Below are positions 37,820 to 51,277 of a stretch of 64,000 nucleotides of DNA, one piece after another. The number at the start of each line of letters is the position of its first letter. The stretch's first letter is position 1. The stretch comes from Malacoraja senta (taxonomy: Eukaryota). Below the pieces are notes generated by a model. That model was given only the letters and a program-made list of their open reading frames with translations, was not told the DNA's origin and did no database searches. Position numbers and translations under genes: made by a program. The stretch lies in contig CM075991.1 of NCBI GenBank assembly GCA_038087875.1, forward strand, positions 8,434,001 to 8,498,000. The letters run 5' to 3'.

Positions 37820-38990
37820 GGCGGCCGTTGCGATTCAAACCGTCGCCGCTCCTCCTACACGGTCCGCACTCACTGGGCGAGAGCTGCTCCCTGCGCGGTC
37901 CGGGCGGGGCTGCCGGCAGAAACCCGCCCCCCCCCCCCTGCGCTGAGTGGGATCCTCGCTCCCTCCCTCGCTCTTCCTACACGGTCCGCACTCGCAGGGC
38001 GGGATGGGCCGTTGGCACTACCCGGTCCGCACTGGGTGTTCCTGCGCGGTCCGGGCGGGGGGGGGGCCTCCACTACTACTCTTCTCAGTCTACTCCCTTG
38101 AGTGGTGAATGGGGCTATTCAGTCACACACACACACACACACACACACCAAGCCCCCCCCGGGTCCGTGAATGGGGCAGTTGTGGCTGCACTCACTCACT
38201 CGCTCACTGGGCGAGCGGGTGCTCCCTGCGCGGTCTGGCCGGGTCCGGAGTCTGACCACGTTGACCCTGTTGTGTGCGGGCCACCGCCCTCCGGTCCCCT
38301 GCCCCTACCCGGTCCGCACTCAGCAGGCGAGCGGGCGGTCCCCTCCGCGGTCCGGGCGGCAACGGAGTCAGGCCACGCCCCCCCTGCCCGATGCCCTGCG
38401 GTGAACGCTCCGTTGGCACTACACGGTCCGCGCCCTCTGTGCGGCTGGCTTTGGAAACGTTGCCTCTCGCCGGTCCGCCTTCCAGCTGGTGCTGGGGTTT
38501 TCACTACTCGGTCCGCTTTTTTTTTTTGCTTTGGTCACTTCCAAAAAGTTCCAAAGAGCCTGTTGTCTTGGGTGTGGGTCCGCTTTGTGATAAATCTCTA
38601 ATCTCTCCTTTTCTATCTATCCTTCAACTTTATTGTCTATTTGGGGAGGGGGGGGGGGGGTGGGTGGCAGAAAGAAGCACATGTCGGCTCGTCCGCCGAC
38701 TTTAAAACCCCCCCACCCGTTCTCCCCTTTAATTGCTTTCACCTGGGCCGCTACCTGTGGCTGGGAGGACCAGGAGTCCTCCAAGCCGTCCCTCGCCGGT
38801 CCGCGTTGCCCGGCCAACGGAGGGGAGGACGAAGCTGCGGGAGTGCGCAGGCGCGTTCTGTGTGTAGGGGGGGGGGGCTTGTTGCTGCTTTCCACCCAGG
38901 TCCGCGGGGCCATTGACTATTTTGGGGGAAATGTTCACAGTGCGCGTGCGCGTCAATGACTCATTGACCCGCCCAGTCTGTGACGTATGG
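37820..38990 (-). promoter_or_regulatory. CpG island: REEP4 5' UTR/promoter
   Basis: GC- and CpG-rich stretch directly upstream of the ATG; NRF1-like, AP-1, GC-box and CRE-like motifs cluster at 38941-38987. Confidence 0.8.
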
Positions 38991-41036
38991 TGAAACTTTA
39001 CCATGTGTCTTGACTATCTCTTCAATGGCCAATAACTTTGAATTAAAAGTTCCTCTTTAATTACTCCTCCCATTTCTTGTTACCTTTTTAATATGATATC
39101 TAATCTAATCTGATCTTTATGATTCGGTTTTCTCCTGCCTGTCACTCTTTTTCTCTCTACTCACGCCTCCACCCTCAACCTTTTTCTGGTACATTGGTGC
39201 GTTGCTTTCTGGACTTGTTCTGTAACTTTCGCTGCCTCTGCAAGGCCAGCAGCATAATCAAGGACGAGTCGCAACCTGGCACTCCCTCTTCTCCCCCCTC
39301 CCATCAGGCAAAAGGTACAGAAGTGTGAAAATGCACACACCTCTAGATTCAGGGACAGTTTCTTCCAGCTGTTATCAGGCAACTGAACCATTCTACCAAC
39401 AACTAGAGAGCAGTCCTGAACAACTATCTACCTCATTGGAGACCCTTGGACTTGCTGATTCCCAGCCGAGGAATCAGCGTTTCAGCATCTGCAAATGTTT
39501 TGCTCCAACTCTTCTGGCAACTGGGATCATCTCTCTGATCTTCTGGCAGAAACTGCTGGAAGCAGTTGATAAGTCTGGCTTCGGAGAAAGAAAGAGAACC
39601 AATCTTTCTTGCCGATGGTCTTCCACTAGTTTAGTTTACTTGAAAGATGTAGCATGGAAACAGGCCCTTTGGCCCACTGAGTCCATGCTGACCATTGGTC
39701 ACCCGTTCACACTAGTTCTATGTTACTTCACTCCCTCATCACTCCTGTTTAACTTGGCATTAAGTTCGGCACAGATATTGTGGGCTGACGAGCCTGTTCC
39801 GGTGGTGTACTGATCTATGTTTCCAACTCCACATAGAGCTCACTGTTGCCATTGCCGTGGTCTAGGATTGTATTGAAGAGATGTCTTTGCTCCCTCTAGC
39901 TGTATGAAATATAATTTGGAAACTTTCACAGATTAATATAGATGGAAGCAGGTAATTAGACGTACCTGATTCTCGTGAGGTTAATATCCCATAGAAACCT
40001 TCAGCCCTTCTCAGCAAACCCAATCTGTATGTCCTCTCCAGTATATTTACCAACCATCCTTAAATAAATGTATGGAAGTCTAGCTCATTGATATCCCTAG
40101 GTAGTAAATTCCAATCACACTCTGAGCAAAGCCGCTTTATTTATTGGGGGTTTTAGTGACTGTTCTACATGGGTGTGCTTCTCATATCTCATCTAAACTA
40201 AACTAAAGTGTGTACAGGTCATTGACGGTTGGCAAGGACTATGTGGGCCGAAGGGACTGTTTCCATTTATGACCGTTTATGAATAAGTTTATGAATAACT
40301 TTATTGGCCAAGGAATTCACATACAAGGAATTGGTACTCTGCCCGCAAGTGACAACATGACATACAGTGACATTTAGGAATGACACATAAAACATTAAAC
40401 ATCAATAATGAAACATTATTGATTAAACATTAAACATGTGAATTAAATGCTTTCTTTTCCCACGCTGTATCTCTCAACTAATTTCCGTGAAACTCTATCA
40501 TAACGTTACAGACCTCTCTCTTCCCAATCTTCCCTTTATTTTAGGAAAGATAATCCCACTCTGAACGCATCAAACTCTCCAGAAGTCTAAAGAAAACAAA
40601 CTAAAGAATCTCTTTAGTGATGTTGATTTATTTGCAGGCACATGTAGCCAGCGGGAGATTCAGGGGAATTATTATAAGGAAAGGCAATCTGGACAAACTT
40701 TAAAAAAAAACTTGAACATTCCTAGGCACCTTTCCAAAACAAAATCCAATCCAACCCAATCCCGCCCTGACCCAATACCTCCCAAGAACATTCCTGACTC
40801 CATTCCCAATATTGCACTGTGGTCTCTCCTGCGCACAGTACCACCCAGCCGCACAAGCGTGACCCCTATCTCTGGTGGGTCGGTGGTCTCGGCGGGCATG
40901 TGCAGCTGCGGAGGTGATCTGGGGAAAAATAAAGTCCTGATGCATTTTTGACGTCCCACCCAACCATCTGGTAGCTGCGGATGATCTCATTCCTTGGTGT
41001 GGAAATACCAGGTGGCGCAGAGGGAGTGCCACAGAT

Positions 41037-41236
41037 NNNNNNNNNNNNNNNNNNNNNNNNNNNNNNNNNNNNNNNNNNNNNNNNNNNNNNNNNNNNNNNN
41101 NNNNNNNNNNNNNNNNNNNNNNNNNNNNNNNNNNNNNNNNNNNNNNNNNNNNNNNNNNNNNNNNNNNNNNNNNNNNNNNNNNNNNNNNNNNNNNNNNNNN
41201 NNNNNNNNNNNNNNNNNNNNNNNNNNNNNNNNNNNN
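41037..41236. other. Assembly gap (200 N)
   Basis: Run of N. Confidence 1.
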
Positions 41237-44200
41237 AAAGACATGAATTGTTTCAGGCAAGCAATTGAATTAACCTTGGTGTATTGGCCGATAAATGTCC
41301 TTCAAGCTGTAATACTGGAAGAAGTTTTTTACCCCTTCTGGTGATATCATTGATAAAGCCATCAAGTATGGAAACAGGCCCTTTGGCCCATCTTGCCCAT
41401 GCCATCTAAGATGCCCTATCTACACTAGTCCCACCTGCCTGCATTTGGGCCCATATCCCTCCAAACCTTTCCTGTTTGTCCAAATGTCTTTGAAATGTTG
41501 TTATAGCACCTGCCTCAACAACTTCCTCTGGGCTGCTCATATACCCACCACCCTCCGGGTGAACAAGTTGCCCTTCATGCTCCTATTAAATCTTTCCCCT
41601 CACATTAAACCGACGACCCCTGGTTCTAGATTCCTCTACCCTAGGGAAAAAAACTGTGCATCTCCCCTATCTATTCCCCCCATGATCGAGTACACTTCTA
41701 TAAGATCACCCCTCATCCTCCTGCACTGCAGGGAATAAAGTCCTAGCAACATCCTCAAAGGTTTTCTCTGAACTTCTTCCAGCTTAACAACTTTTCTAGA
41801 GCAGGGCGACCAAATTGATTGTGAAATAAAGTTAGTGGTAATAACAGCCTCCGAAATATGTTGCAGTTATTAAAGTGCTTAGGGATAATCCGAGATCATA
41901 AGGGCAATATAATCACATCTTCTCTACTCCCCCAGGCACCTCACTGCAGAATGATCAGCATATGACACAATATCACATTAGAGATATCAGGCTTGAAGAA
42001 GTTTCATAGAAATAGAGGGAATTGCATAGCTTAGAGACTAGTCATCTAATCGCAAGGCCACAAGTGGCGAGGGTAGAATGTTGAAGTGTAATAGAAAGAA
42101 GGCTCGATGGCTCATCAGGAATTTTGGGGAGTGTTGGAGGTTACAGAGATGGGAAGATCAAACACTTTGGAAGACCAGAAAGGAAGAATGGATTGTTAAA
42201 TCCAAGAGGCAATTTACATCAGTAGACACAAGGAGGAAAGCAGAATACATACACCTGACCCGCTGAGTTACCCCAGGCACTGCGAGCCCACCAGAGTGAT
42301 AGACAAGCTCACATTTGGAGAGTAGTTAGTATCCAGCAAGAAAGTAATGAACTAGAGGAACTCAAATGTGCCAACGTGCAGGGTTTTCAGTAGCAGATTA
42401 AAGGCATTGATATGAGTGTACTGTACTAGCCTGGGCCTGAATTAGCAGTGGTCCAGAATGCAGTGTAAGCACAAAACAATCAACACTAACACCGTCAGGC
42501 ATTTTCACAGATCAGTTATTCCCAATTATAAATCAACTGGGAGACAAACGCTGAGTCAGCCAACAGGACATCCTGGTAACAAACTTGGCTTCTAAAATGA
42601 ATTATTTACATGTATTCAAATTGCCCCCAGGCAGGTTAAATACTGTGGTAAACTTAATATATAATAATATCAATTTCAGCACCAAAGATCATCTATACCT
42701 CAGCATTTGCAAAATGCAGATATTCAATGATGTTATTAGATGTTTAGGGATCTTGGCAGGGCAGGTGGTGAGCATGAGGGAGATGTGTGTTCATTCCTAG
42801 AGCTGTGGATCTTTGGTGTTCTCCTTCAAAGTCACAACCAACTTCATGATAAGTCACTAGATTTTTCAGGGGACACACAGTCTCGAGGTCGATAATTGTC
42901 CTCATCTTAACAAAACGCATGGCTGGCTTGATGGATCAGATGGTCTGTTCATGAATACAAGGAGCAGGGGCAAGGCTTCTTCTTGTGCTGTCCATCTTGT
43001 TACAAATGTTGGCCTCGCTGTCATCGTCCGTCCTGAAAAGGACGCAAGCTTCCGGCGACAATCAGTGGAAGCCATCACTTGTCGCAATAAATGATGGTGG
43101 TAGCAGAATTAGCTCGGGATACTTCCAGTATCCAGCCCCACGACGTGGATGCTTCTGCTATGGGGCCAGGGGCAAGGCTGATCTGATATCAGGTTTTCAG
43201 AGAAATCAATGCTTTTATTCCCTTAGGTAGCAAGTGATGTGGCGAGAGGCAAGGAGAGCATTAGTTTTAGTTTAGTTAGCTTAGTGATACAGTGTGGAAA
43301 GACCGAGTCCGTGCCGACCAGCAATCCCCGAACTCTTACACCATCCTACACACTCTTGGGACAATTTACAAGTTTTACCTGACTACGAGTCTGTCTGTAC
43401 GGAGTTTGTACCTTCTCCATGTGACCATGTGGGTTTTCTCTGGGTGCTTCGGTTCCTCCGACACTCCAAAGATGGACAGTGTAAGAAAGGCAGACGGACC
43501 CTGTAGCTCGCAGTCACACCATTCGAAAGAGGAAACTTATCTGACAGAAAACTCGAGGCACAGACCAGCCACAATTGCATTATCCAGTGGCGCAAGCTCA
43601 AGGGGTTTAATGTTCAAGTTCTGCATCTACCCCTGACACAAGTGAACATGGTTATTCATATAAAAAAAAACAAATGCAGCCAATGTTAATTTTGTTAATA
43701 CAAAATGAAAATGCAAAGATATTTTGTGGGCAAGGCAGATCTTGCACTGCATCTTTAGTTAAGGAAAATTATCAACCTCAAGTCTGCTATCTGGCCTTAT
43801 CAGAAAAGTCTGTCCAAAAATACATTGACTCAGTTTTAGATGCAGTTGTACCCGTTTGCTCTTGCAGTAGAGAATTTTAAAGATCCTTTGCCTCTGGAGC
43901 TTGCATCTTAGAGTTTACACTTTAAAAAAAAACTTATCAGTGCACTGGAAACAGGCCCTTCAGCCCACAAAGTCCATGCTGACTATCAATCACCTGTTCA
44001 CACTAGTTCTATGTTATACCATTTAATCATCCACATTTTACCATTAGGAACATTTTTCTTCCACTAGGGACAATTTACAGAGGCCAATTAACCTACAAGC
44101 CTGAACATCTTTGGGACGTGGGAGGAAACCGGAGCACCCGGAGAAAACCCATACGTTCACAGGGAGAACATGCAAACTCCACACAGACAACAGCTGAGGT

Positions 44201-45792
44201 CAGGAGCGAACCCATGTATCTGGCACTGCAGCAGCTCCACCAGCTCCACCATTGTGATTTAATATTTGAGTCAAGTATTCAATAAAGCCAAGCAAGTTGG
44301 TTATTAGGCCCAAGCGCTGTTAGTACTTTTCAAAAAACTTGCACATAGTTTTGCAACTTGCAACTGCAACTTGCAAAATGCAACTTGCATTTATAACCCC
44401 ATTAACCTATGTCCTTAATCACCCACTGTGATTGAGCAGAACACCAGTGGCTCCAATGACAGAAGATTGTGTGCCAGGTTCTGGTGCTGCCAATTAAAGA
44501 GTTGGCTGGAATATATCTAGGCAACAAAATACCAATTGGTCACAATTATAAATTAAAATCTGCTCTCAAGTTTCATACACTAAAGAACATGCATTTAAAT
44601 CCAAAATACAGAATGCAAAAAAAAGGACAACTTCACAATAATTAAACCTGAAGGGAATACCTATGAGGTGACAATCCACCGACTGTGAATTCTTAAAATA
44701 AAAGCATTAAGTGATGAAAACACTCAGCAGGTCAGGCAGCTGTTTCTCATTCCACAGATGCTACCAGACCTGGTGAGTGTTTCCAGCATTATACTGTTTT
44801 TACTTCAGAGTTCCAGCATTTACAATTTATTGTGATCATCTTTAACCAATCTCTTCCCTTAGGTGGCTCGTTAATGTCCCACCTTAACATCAGTCATTCA
44901 AGGGGAGTGGGCTTTGCACCTGAGCCATTTCATTGCCATCTCTAATTACACATGAGGAAATGGCAATAAGATGCCTTCTTGAACCACTGCAGTCCACTCG
45001 AAAATTAATCACTTGTTGTACAGCTGGGATGTACAAAAAGGGTTTGCAGAAAGTTCCCCACCCCACGAAGATGTTGTTTTCAAATTTGATTCCACAGCTT
45101 GCATCTATTTGGGTCAATAACTTAAATACAAAGTTAAGATGATAAGAAAAGAGAGTGGCCCAAGCAGCCTCTTGAATAGATAGACACAAAATGCTGGAGT
45201 AACTCAGCCGGTCACGCAGCGTATCTCTTGAGTAGGTTCTGCCTTTAAATAGTTCCAGCCCTATCCTCAACCCTTTTCATACCACTAACATCCAAAAATG
45301 CATACTTACGCAAATGATAGTAGATTGAAACTCATCACCCTGAGTTTTGAGCAAAATAAATGGCATAGCATCTGTGATACAGACAAAGCTTCAACCTCTT
45401 AAGAACAGGGATGGGTTTGCTAAACACTCTGTTCAGTCTGCAGAAATGATCCTACACTCCTGGCAGTTTATCTCTTCAATTCTCGGCCCCACTACCATTT
45501 TCACCCCAGTCTACTTTCGGCCTCCTTTCTGCACTGCCCTAACAATGCCCAAGTTCGCAAACTAAACGGGCACACCTCATTTCCCGTCAGGACATATGGA
45601 CACTATTGGGCCTTCTTATAGAATCGAATAACATTTAGGGTAGACACAAGGAACTGCAGATGCTGGTTTACAGAAAATACCCACAAAGTTCTGGAGTAAC
45701 TCAGCATGTCAGGCAGCATCTATGGTAAACAAAAATAGGTAACATTTCTGGTTGGGACTCTTCTTGCTCCTTGGGACAGAGAGATTCCCCAT

Positions 45793-46594
45793 CATATATA
45801 TATAACCATAACAGCACGGAAACAGGCCATCTCAGCCCTTCAAGTCCGTGCCGAACATTTAAAAACATTTTTTTTTTAAAATTAAAAATAAATTCTTCCC
45901 CCTAGTCCCATCTACCTGCACTCAGACCATAACCCTCCATTCCTTTCCCGTCCATATACCCATCCAATCTATTTTTAAAGGATAACATCGAACCTGCCTC
46001 CACCACTTCCACTGGAAGCTCATTCCACACAGCTACCACTCTCTGAGTAAAGATGTTCCCCCTAATGTTCCCCCTAAACTTCTGTCCCTTAATTCTCAAG
46101 TCATGTCCCCTTGTTTGAATCTTCCCTACTCTCAATGGGAAAAGCTTATCCACGTCCACTCTGTCTAACCCGCTCATAATTTTAAAGACCTCTATCAAGT
46201 CCCCTCTTAACCTTCTGCGCTCCAAAGAATAAAGACCTAACTTGTTCAACCTTTCTCTGTAACTTAGTTGCTGAAACCCAGGCAACATTCTAGTAAATCT
46301 CCTCTGTACTCTCTCTATTTTGTTGACATCCTTCCTATAATTAGGCGACCAAAATTGTACTCCATACTCCAGAATTGGCCTCACCAATGCCTTGTACAAT
46401 TTTAACATTACATCCCAACTTCTATATTCAATGCTCTGATTTATAAAGGCCAGCACACCAAAAGCTTTCTTTACCACCCTATCTACATGAGATTCCACCT
46501 TCAGGGAACTATGCACAGTTATTCCTAGATCCCTCTGTTCAACTGCATTCCTCAATTCGCTACCATTTACCGTGTACGTCCTATTTTGATTCCT
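45793..46594 (-). mobile_element. Duplicate CR1 3' fragment
   Basis: ORF 45902..46555 is identical to 36278..36931. Confidence 0.85.
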
Positions 46595-46641
46595 TAATGA
46601 AAGCTAGATTTTCCCCTCAAATCTCTTTGTCCCAAACAGAT

Positions 46642-46779
46642 GGGGTGGAGGATTGCAACCTTCACGTGGTCCGCCCTGTTTCGACTAATGCAATCAACTT
46701 GACGTGCACAAACGGAAGATCAAATAGAACAAGATGTCCAACAACTTTAGGCTGTGCACGCCACACGGAAGAAGAAGAA
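46642..46779 (+). mobile_element. HDV-ribozyme element, duplicate of copy A
   Basis: Same sequence and same TSD, inside the duplicated block. Confidence 0.8.
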
Positions 46780-47411
46780 GTCCCAAACAGATTTGAACCA
46801 ATTATTATTTACTGCCTTTCATCTTGATCTGTATCTTGTCACAGACCTAGAAATGTCAATGAGCAGGCTGACATACATGGTAGAGGTGTTACAAAGTTAC
46901 CCCTCAGATTCCTATTAACAGTTATTATATACACAGATCACTTGAGGGGGTAACTTTTTTTCACACACAAAGGGTGGTGTGGGTGTATGGAACAAGCTGC
47001 CAGTAGAGAGGCAGTTGAGGCAGGGACTACTATCCCAACGTTTAAGAAACATCTGGACGGGTTTGGAGGGATATTGGGCAGGTGGGGACGAGTGTGGAAG
47101 GGGGGCCAGTATGGGCAAGTTGGGCCGAAGGGTCTGTCAGCAAAGAAAGAGACGAAAAATGACAAGGCAAACCCTAATTTTCCGTCGGGACACATTGACA
47201 CTATTGTATGTGTTTTAAAAAAAAATGGTAATATGAACATTTAGGGCAGTGACTCTATCTGTTAGAGAGGGCGAACGTTTTAATTCCCGGAAGCAGGGCT
47301 TTTATGTTTAAAACACTGGTGATTAAAAGTGTGTGTGTGTGGGGGGGGGTTGTTGTTGCAAATATATATATATATATATCTAGATATATAAATATATGAT
47401 ATAATACTCAC

Positions 47412-47443
47412 ACCACCAGCCTGGAGATGAGCCACGACACCAT
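47412..47443 (-). CDS. REEP4: Second, identical copy of REEP4 exon 1 in the duplicated block
   Basis: Identical to 37788-37819; probably an assembly duplicate. Confidence 0.5.
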
Positions 47444-48615
47444 GGCGGCCGTTGCGATTCAAACCGTCGCCGCTCCTCCTACACGGTCCGCACTCACTGG
47501 GCGAGAGCTGCTCCCTGCGCGGTCCGGGCGGGGCTGCCGGCAGAAACCCGCCCCCCCCCCCTGCGCTGAGTGGGATCCTCGCTCCCTCCCTCCCTCTTCC
47601 TACACGGTCCGCACTCGCAGGGCGGGATGGGCCGTTGGCACTACCCGGTCCGCACTGGGTGTTCCTGCGCGGTCCGGGCGGGGGGGGCCTCCACTACTAC
47701 TCTTCTCAGTCTACTCCCTTGAGTGGTGAATGGGGCTATTCAGTCACACACACACACACACACACACACCAAGCCCCCCCCGGGTCCGTGAATGGGGCAG
47801 TTGTGGCTGCACTCACTCACTCGCTCACTGGGCGAGCGGGTGCTCCCTGCGCGGTCTGGCCGGGTCCGGAGTCTGACCACGTTGACCCTGTTGTGTGCGG
47901 GCCACCGCCCTCCGGTCCCCTGCCCCTACCCGGTCCGCACTCAGCAGGCGAGCGGGCGGTCCCCTCCGCGGTCCGGGCGGCAACGGAGTCAGGCCACGCC
48001 CCCCCTGCCCGATGCCCTGCGGTGAACGCTCCGTTGGCACTACACGGTCCGCGCCCTCTGTGCGGCTGGCTTTGGAAACGTTGCCTCTCGCCGGTCCGCC
48101 TTCCAGCTGGTGCTGGGGTTTTCACTACTCGGTCCGCTTTTTTTTTTTTGCTTTGGTCACTTCCAAAAAGTTCCAAAGAGCCTGTTGTCTTGGGTGTGGG
48201 TCCGCTTTGTGATAAATCTCTAATCTCTCCTTTTCTATCTATCCTTCAACTTTATTGTCTATTTGGGGAGGGGGGGGGGGGTGGGTGGCAGAAAGAAGCA
48301 CATGTCGGCTCGTCCGCCGACTTTAAAACCCCCCCACCCGTTCTCCCCTTTAATTGCTTTCACCTGGGCCGCTACCTGTGGCTGGGAGGACCAGGAGTCC
48401 TCCAAGCCGTCCCTCGCCGGTCCGCGTTGCCCGGCCAACGGAGGGGAGGACGAAGCTGCGGGAGTGCGCAGGCGCGTTCTGTGTGTGTGTGGGGGGGGGG
48501 GGCTTGTTGCTGCTTTCCACCCAGGTCCGCGGGGCCATTGACTATTTTGGGGGAAATGTTCACAGTGCGCGTGCGCGTCAATGACTCATTGACCCGCCCA
48601 GTCTGTGACGTAGGG
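47444..48615 (-). promoter_or_regulatory. Duplicate of the REEP4 CpG island
   Basis: Near-identical to 37820-38990. Confidence 0.55.
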
Positions 48616-51277
48616 TAAAACTTTACCATGTGTCTTGACTATCTCTTCAATGGCCAATAACTTTGAATTAAAAGTTCCTCTTTAATTACTCCTCCCATTT
48701 CTTGTTACCTTTTTAATATGATATCTAATCTAATCTGATCTTTATGATTCGGTTTTCTCCTGCCTGTCACTCTTTTTCTCTCTACTCACGCCTCCACCCT
48801 CAACCTTTTTCTGGTACATTGGTGCGTTGCTTTCTGGACTTGTTCTGTAACTTTCGCTGCCTCTGCAAGGCCAGCAGCATAATCAAGGACGAGTCGCAAC
48901 CTGGCACTCCCTCTTCTCCCCCCCTCCCATCAGGCAAAAGGTACAGAAGTGTGAAAATGCACACACCTCTAGATTCAGGGACAGTTTCTTCCAGCTGTTA
49001 TCAGGCAACTGAACCATTCTACCAACAACTAGAGAGCAGTCCTGAACAACTATCTACCTCATTGGAGACCCTTGGACTTGCTGATTCCCAGCCGAGGAAT
49101 CAGCGTTTCAGCATCTGCAAATGTTTTGCTCCAACTCTTCTGGCAACTGGGATCATCTCTCTGATCTTCTGGCAGAAACTGCTGGAAGCAGTTGATAAGT
49201 CTGGCTTCGGAGAAAGAAAGAGAACCAATCTTTCTTGCCGATGGTCTTCCACTAGTTTAGTTTACTTGAAAGATGTAGCATGGAAACAGGCCCTTTGGCC
49301 CACTGAGTCCATGCTGACCATTGGTCACCCGTTCACACTAGTTCTATGTTACTTCACTCCCTCATCACTCCTGTTTAACTTGGCATTAAGTTCGGCACAG
49401 ATATTGTGGGCTGACGAGCCTGTTCCGGTGGTGTACTGATCTATGTTTCCAACTCCACATAGAGCTCACTGTTGCCATTGCCGTGGTCTAGGATTGTATT
49501 GAAGAGATGTCTTTGCTCCCTCTAGCTGTATGAAATATAATTTGGAAACTTTCACAGATTAATATAGATGGAAGCAGGTAATTAGACGTACCTGATTCTC
49601 GTGAGGTTAATATCCCATAGAAACCTTCAGCCCTTCTCAGCAAACCCAATCTGTATGTCCTCTCCAGTATATTTACCAACCATCCTTAAATAAATGTATG
49701 GAAGTCTAGCTCATTGATATCCCTAGGTAGTAAATTCCAATCACACTCTGAGCAAAGCCGCTTTATTTATTGGGGGTTTTAGTGACTGTTCTACATGGGT
49801 GTGCTTCTCATATCTCATCTAAACTAAACTAAAGTGTGTACAGGTCATTGACGGTTGGCAAGGACTATGTGGGCCGAAGGGACTGTTTCCATTTATGACC
49901 GTTTATGAATAAGTTTATGAATAACTTTATTGGCCAAGGAATTCACATACAAGGAATTGGTACTCTGCCCGCAAGTGACAACATGACATACAGTGACATT
50001 TAGGAATGACACATAAAACATTAAACATCAATAATGAAACATTATTGATTAAACATTAAACATGTGAATTAAATGCTTTCTTTTCCCACGCTGTATCTCT
50101 CAACTAATTTCCGTGAAACTCTATCATAACGTTACAGACCTCTCTCTTCCCAATCTTCCCTTTATTTTAGGAAAGATAATCCCACTCTGAACGCATCAAA
50201 CTCTCCAGAAGTCTAAAGAAAACAAACTAAAGAATCTCTTTAGTGATGTTGATTTATTTGCAGGCACATGTAGCCAGCGGGAGATTCAGGGGAATTATTA
50301 TAAGGAAAGGCAATCTGGACAAACTTTAAAAAAAAAACTTGAACATTCCTAGGCACCTTTCCAAAACAAAATCCAATCCAACCCAATCCTGCCCTGACCC
50401 AATACCTCCCAAGAACATTCCTGACTCCATTCCCAATATTGCACTGTGGTCTCCTGCGCACAGTACCACCCAGCCGCACAAGCGTGACCCCTATCTCTGG
50501 TGGGTCGGTGGTCTCGGCGGGCATGTGCAGCTGCGGAGGTGATCTGGGGAAAAATAAAGTCCTGATGCATTTTTGACGTCCCACCCAACCATCTGGTAGC
50601 TGCGGATGATCTCATTCCTTGGTGTGGAAATACCAGGTGGCGCAGAGGGAGTGCCACAGATGGTATACATTTGCAAGTTCTATATAAACCACGCTATGAA
50701 CATTATCTGCAATTTAGTGGCAACGGGAGATCTTGGACTCCAACGTTAATCCCTACGGGGAATGAAACTGGATCGGCCAGCTGTTCTTTCTTGAACCTCT
50801 CGCCTTTGGTGAGTGTCAGTGATGAGGCAGTCCAGGTCTACACGACCTGTGGGCCCAGGGCATTAAACCAAGAGGGTAACTGTTGTCAGATTCCTGGGAT
50901 GCTTTGCTACACAGTATGTTTAGCAGCTCTACATCCATTCGCATTGTTGTCATGAGCTAGCTGGCTGGGTCTTGATCCATGAATCTGGGTGGATTCCACA
51001 GTCATTTGTCACTGCCAGTCCACTACTGACCAGATTCATTGTATTTACAATCCCCTGCCACAGTGCACATCAGACTCACCAACACAGGGATATTACTATC
51101 TTTATCTGGACGTTACACTATCTTTGATCGGACTTTGCTGGACTTTATCTTGCAGTAAACGTGATTCATGTTATACCCTTCATTACGTTTCTGTACACTG
51201 TGGATGGCTCGATTGTAACCATGTATTGTCTTTCTGCCTCAGTACGCGTGACAATACACTAAAACTAAACTAACTAA

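Larger units (their letters stand above)
31614..41036. repeat. Copy 1 of a ~9.4 kb near-identical direct duplication
   Basis: AAAGACATGAA...GCCACAGAT recurs at 41237-50661. Confidence 0.97.
41237..50661. repeat. Copy 2 of the ~9.4 kb duplication
   Basis: Begins exactly at the gap; differs from copy 1 by scattered SNPs and homopolymer indels. Confidence 0.97.

Noticed and set aside
40741..40812. CCAAT cluster with GC box as a divergent promoter
   Set aside because: Looks like a degenerate (CCAAT/CCAAC)n simple repeat; the GC box is not kept in the second copy; no downstream exon was identified.
40700..41344. ORFs spanning the N run
   Set aside because: Artefacts of translating N.
47412..47443. 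A second REEP4 paralogue
   Set aside because: Only exon 1 is duplicated, it is identical, and the block abuts an assembly gap.
47452..48618. 388-aa plus-strand ORF (and 37828..38601)
   Set aside because: GC-rich CpG island with few stops; low-complexity translation; frames differ between the two near-identical copies.
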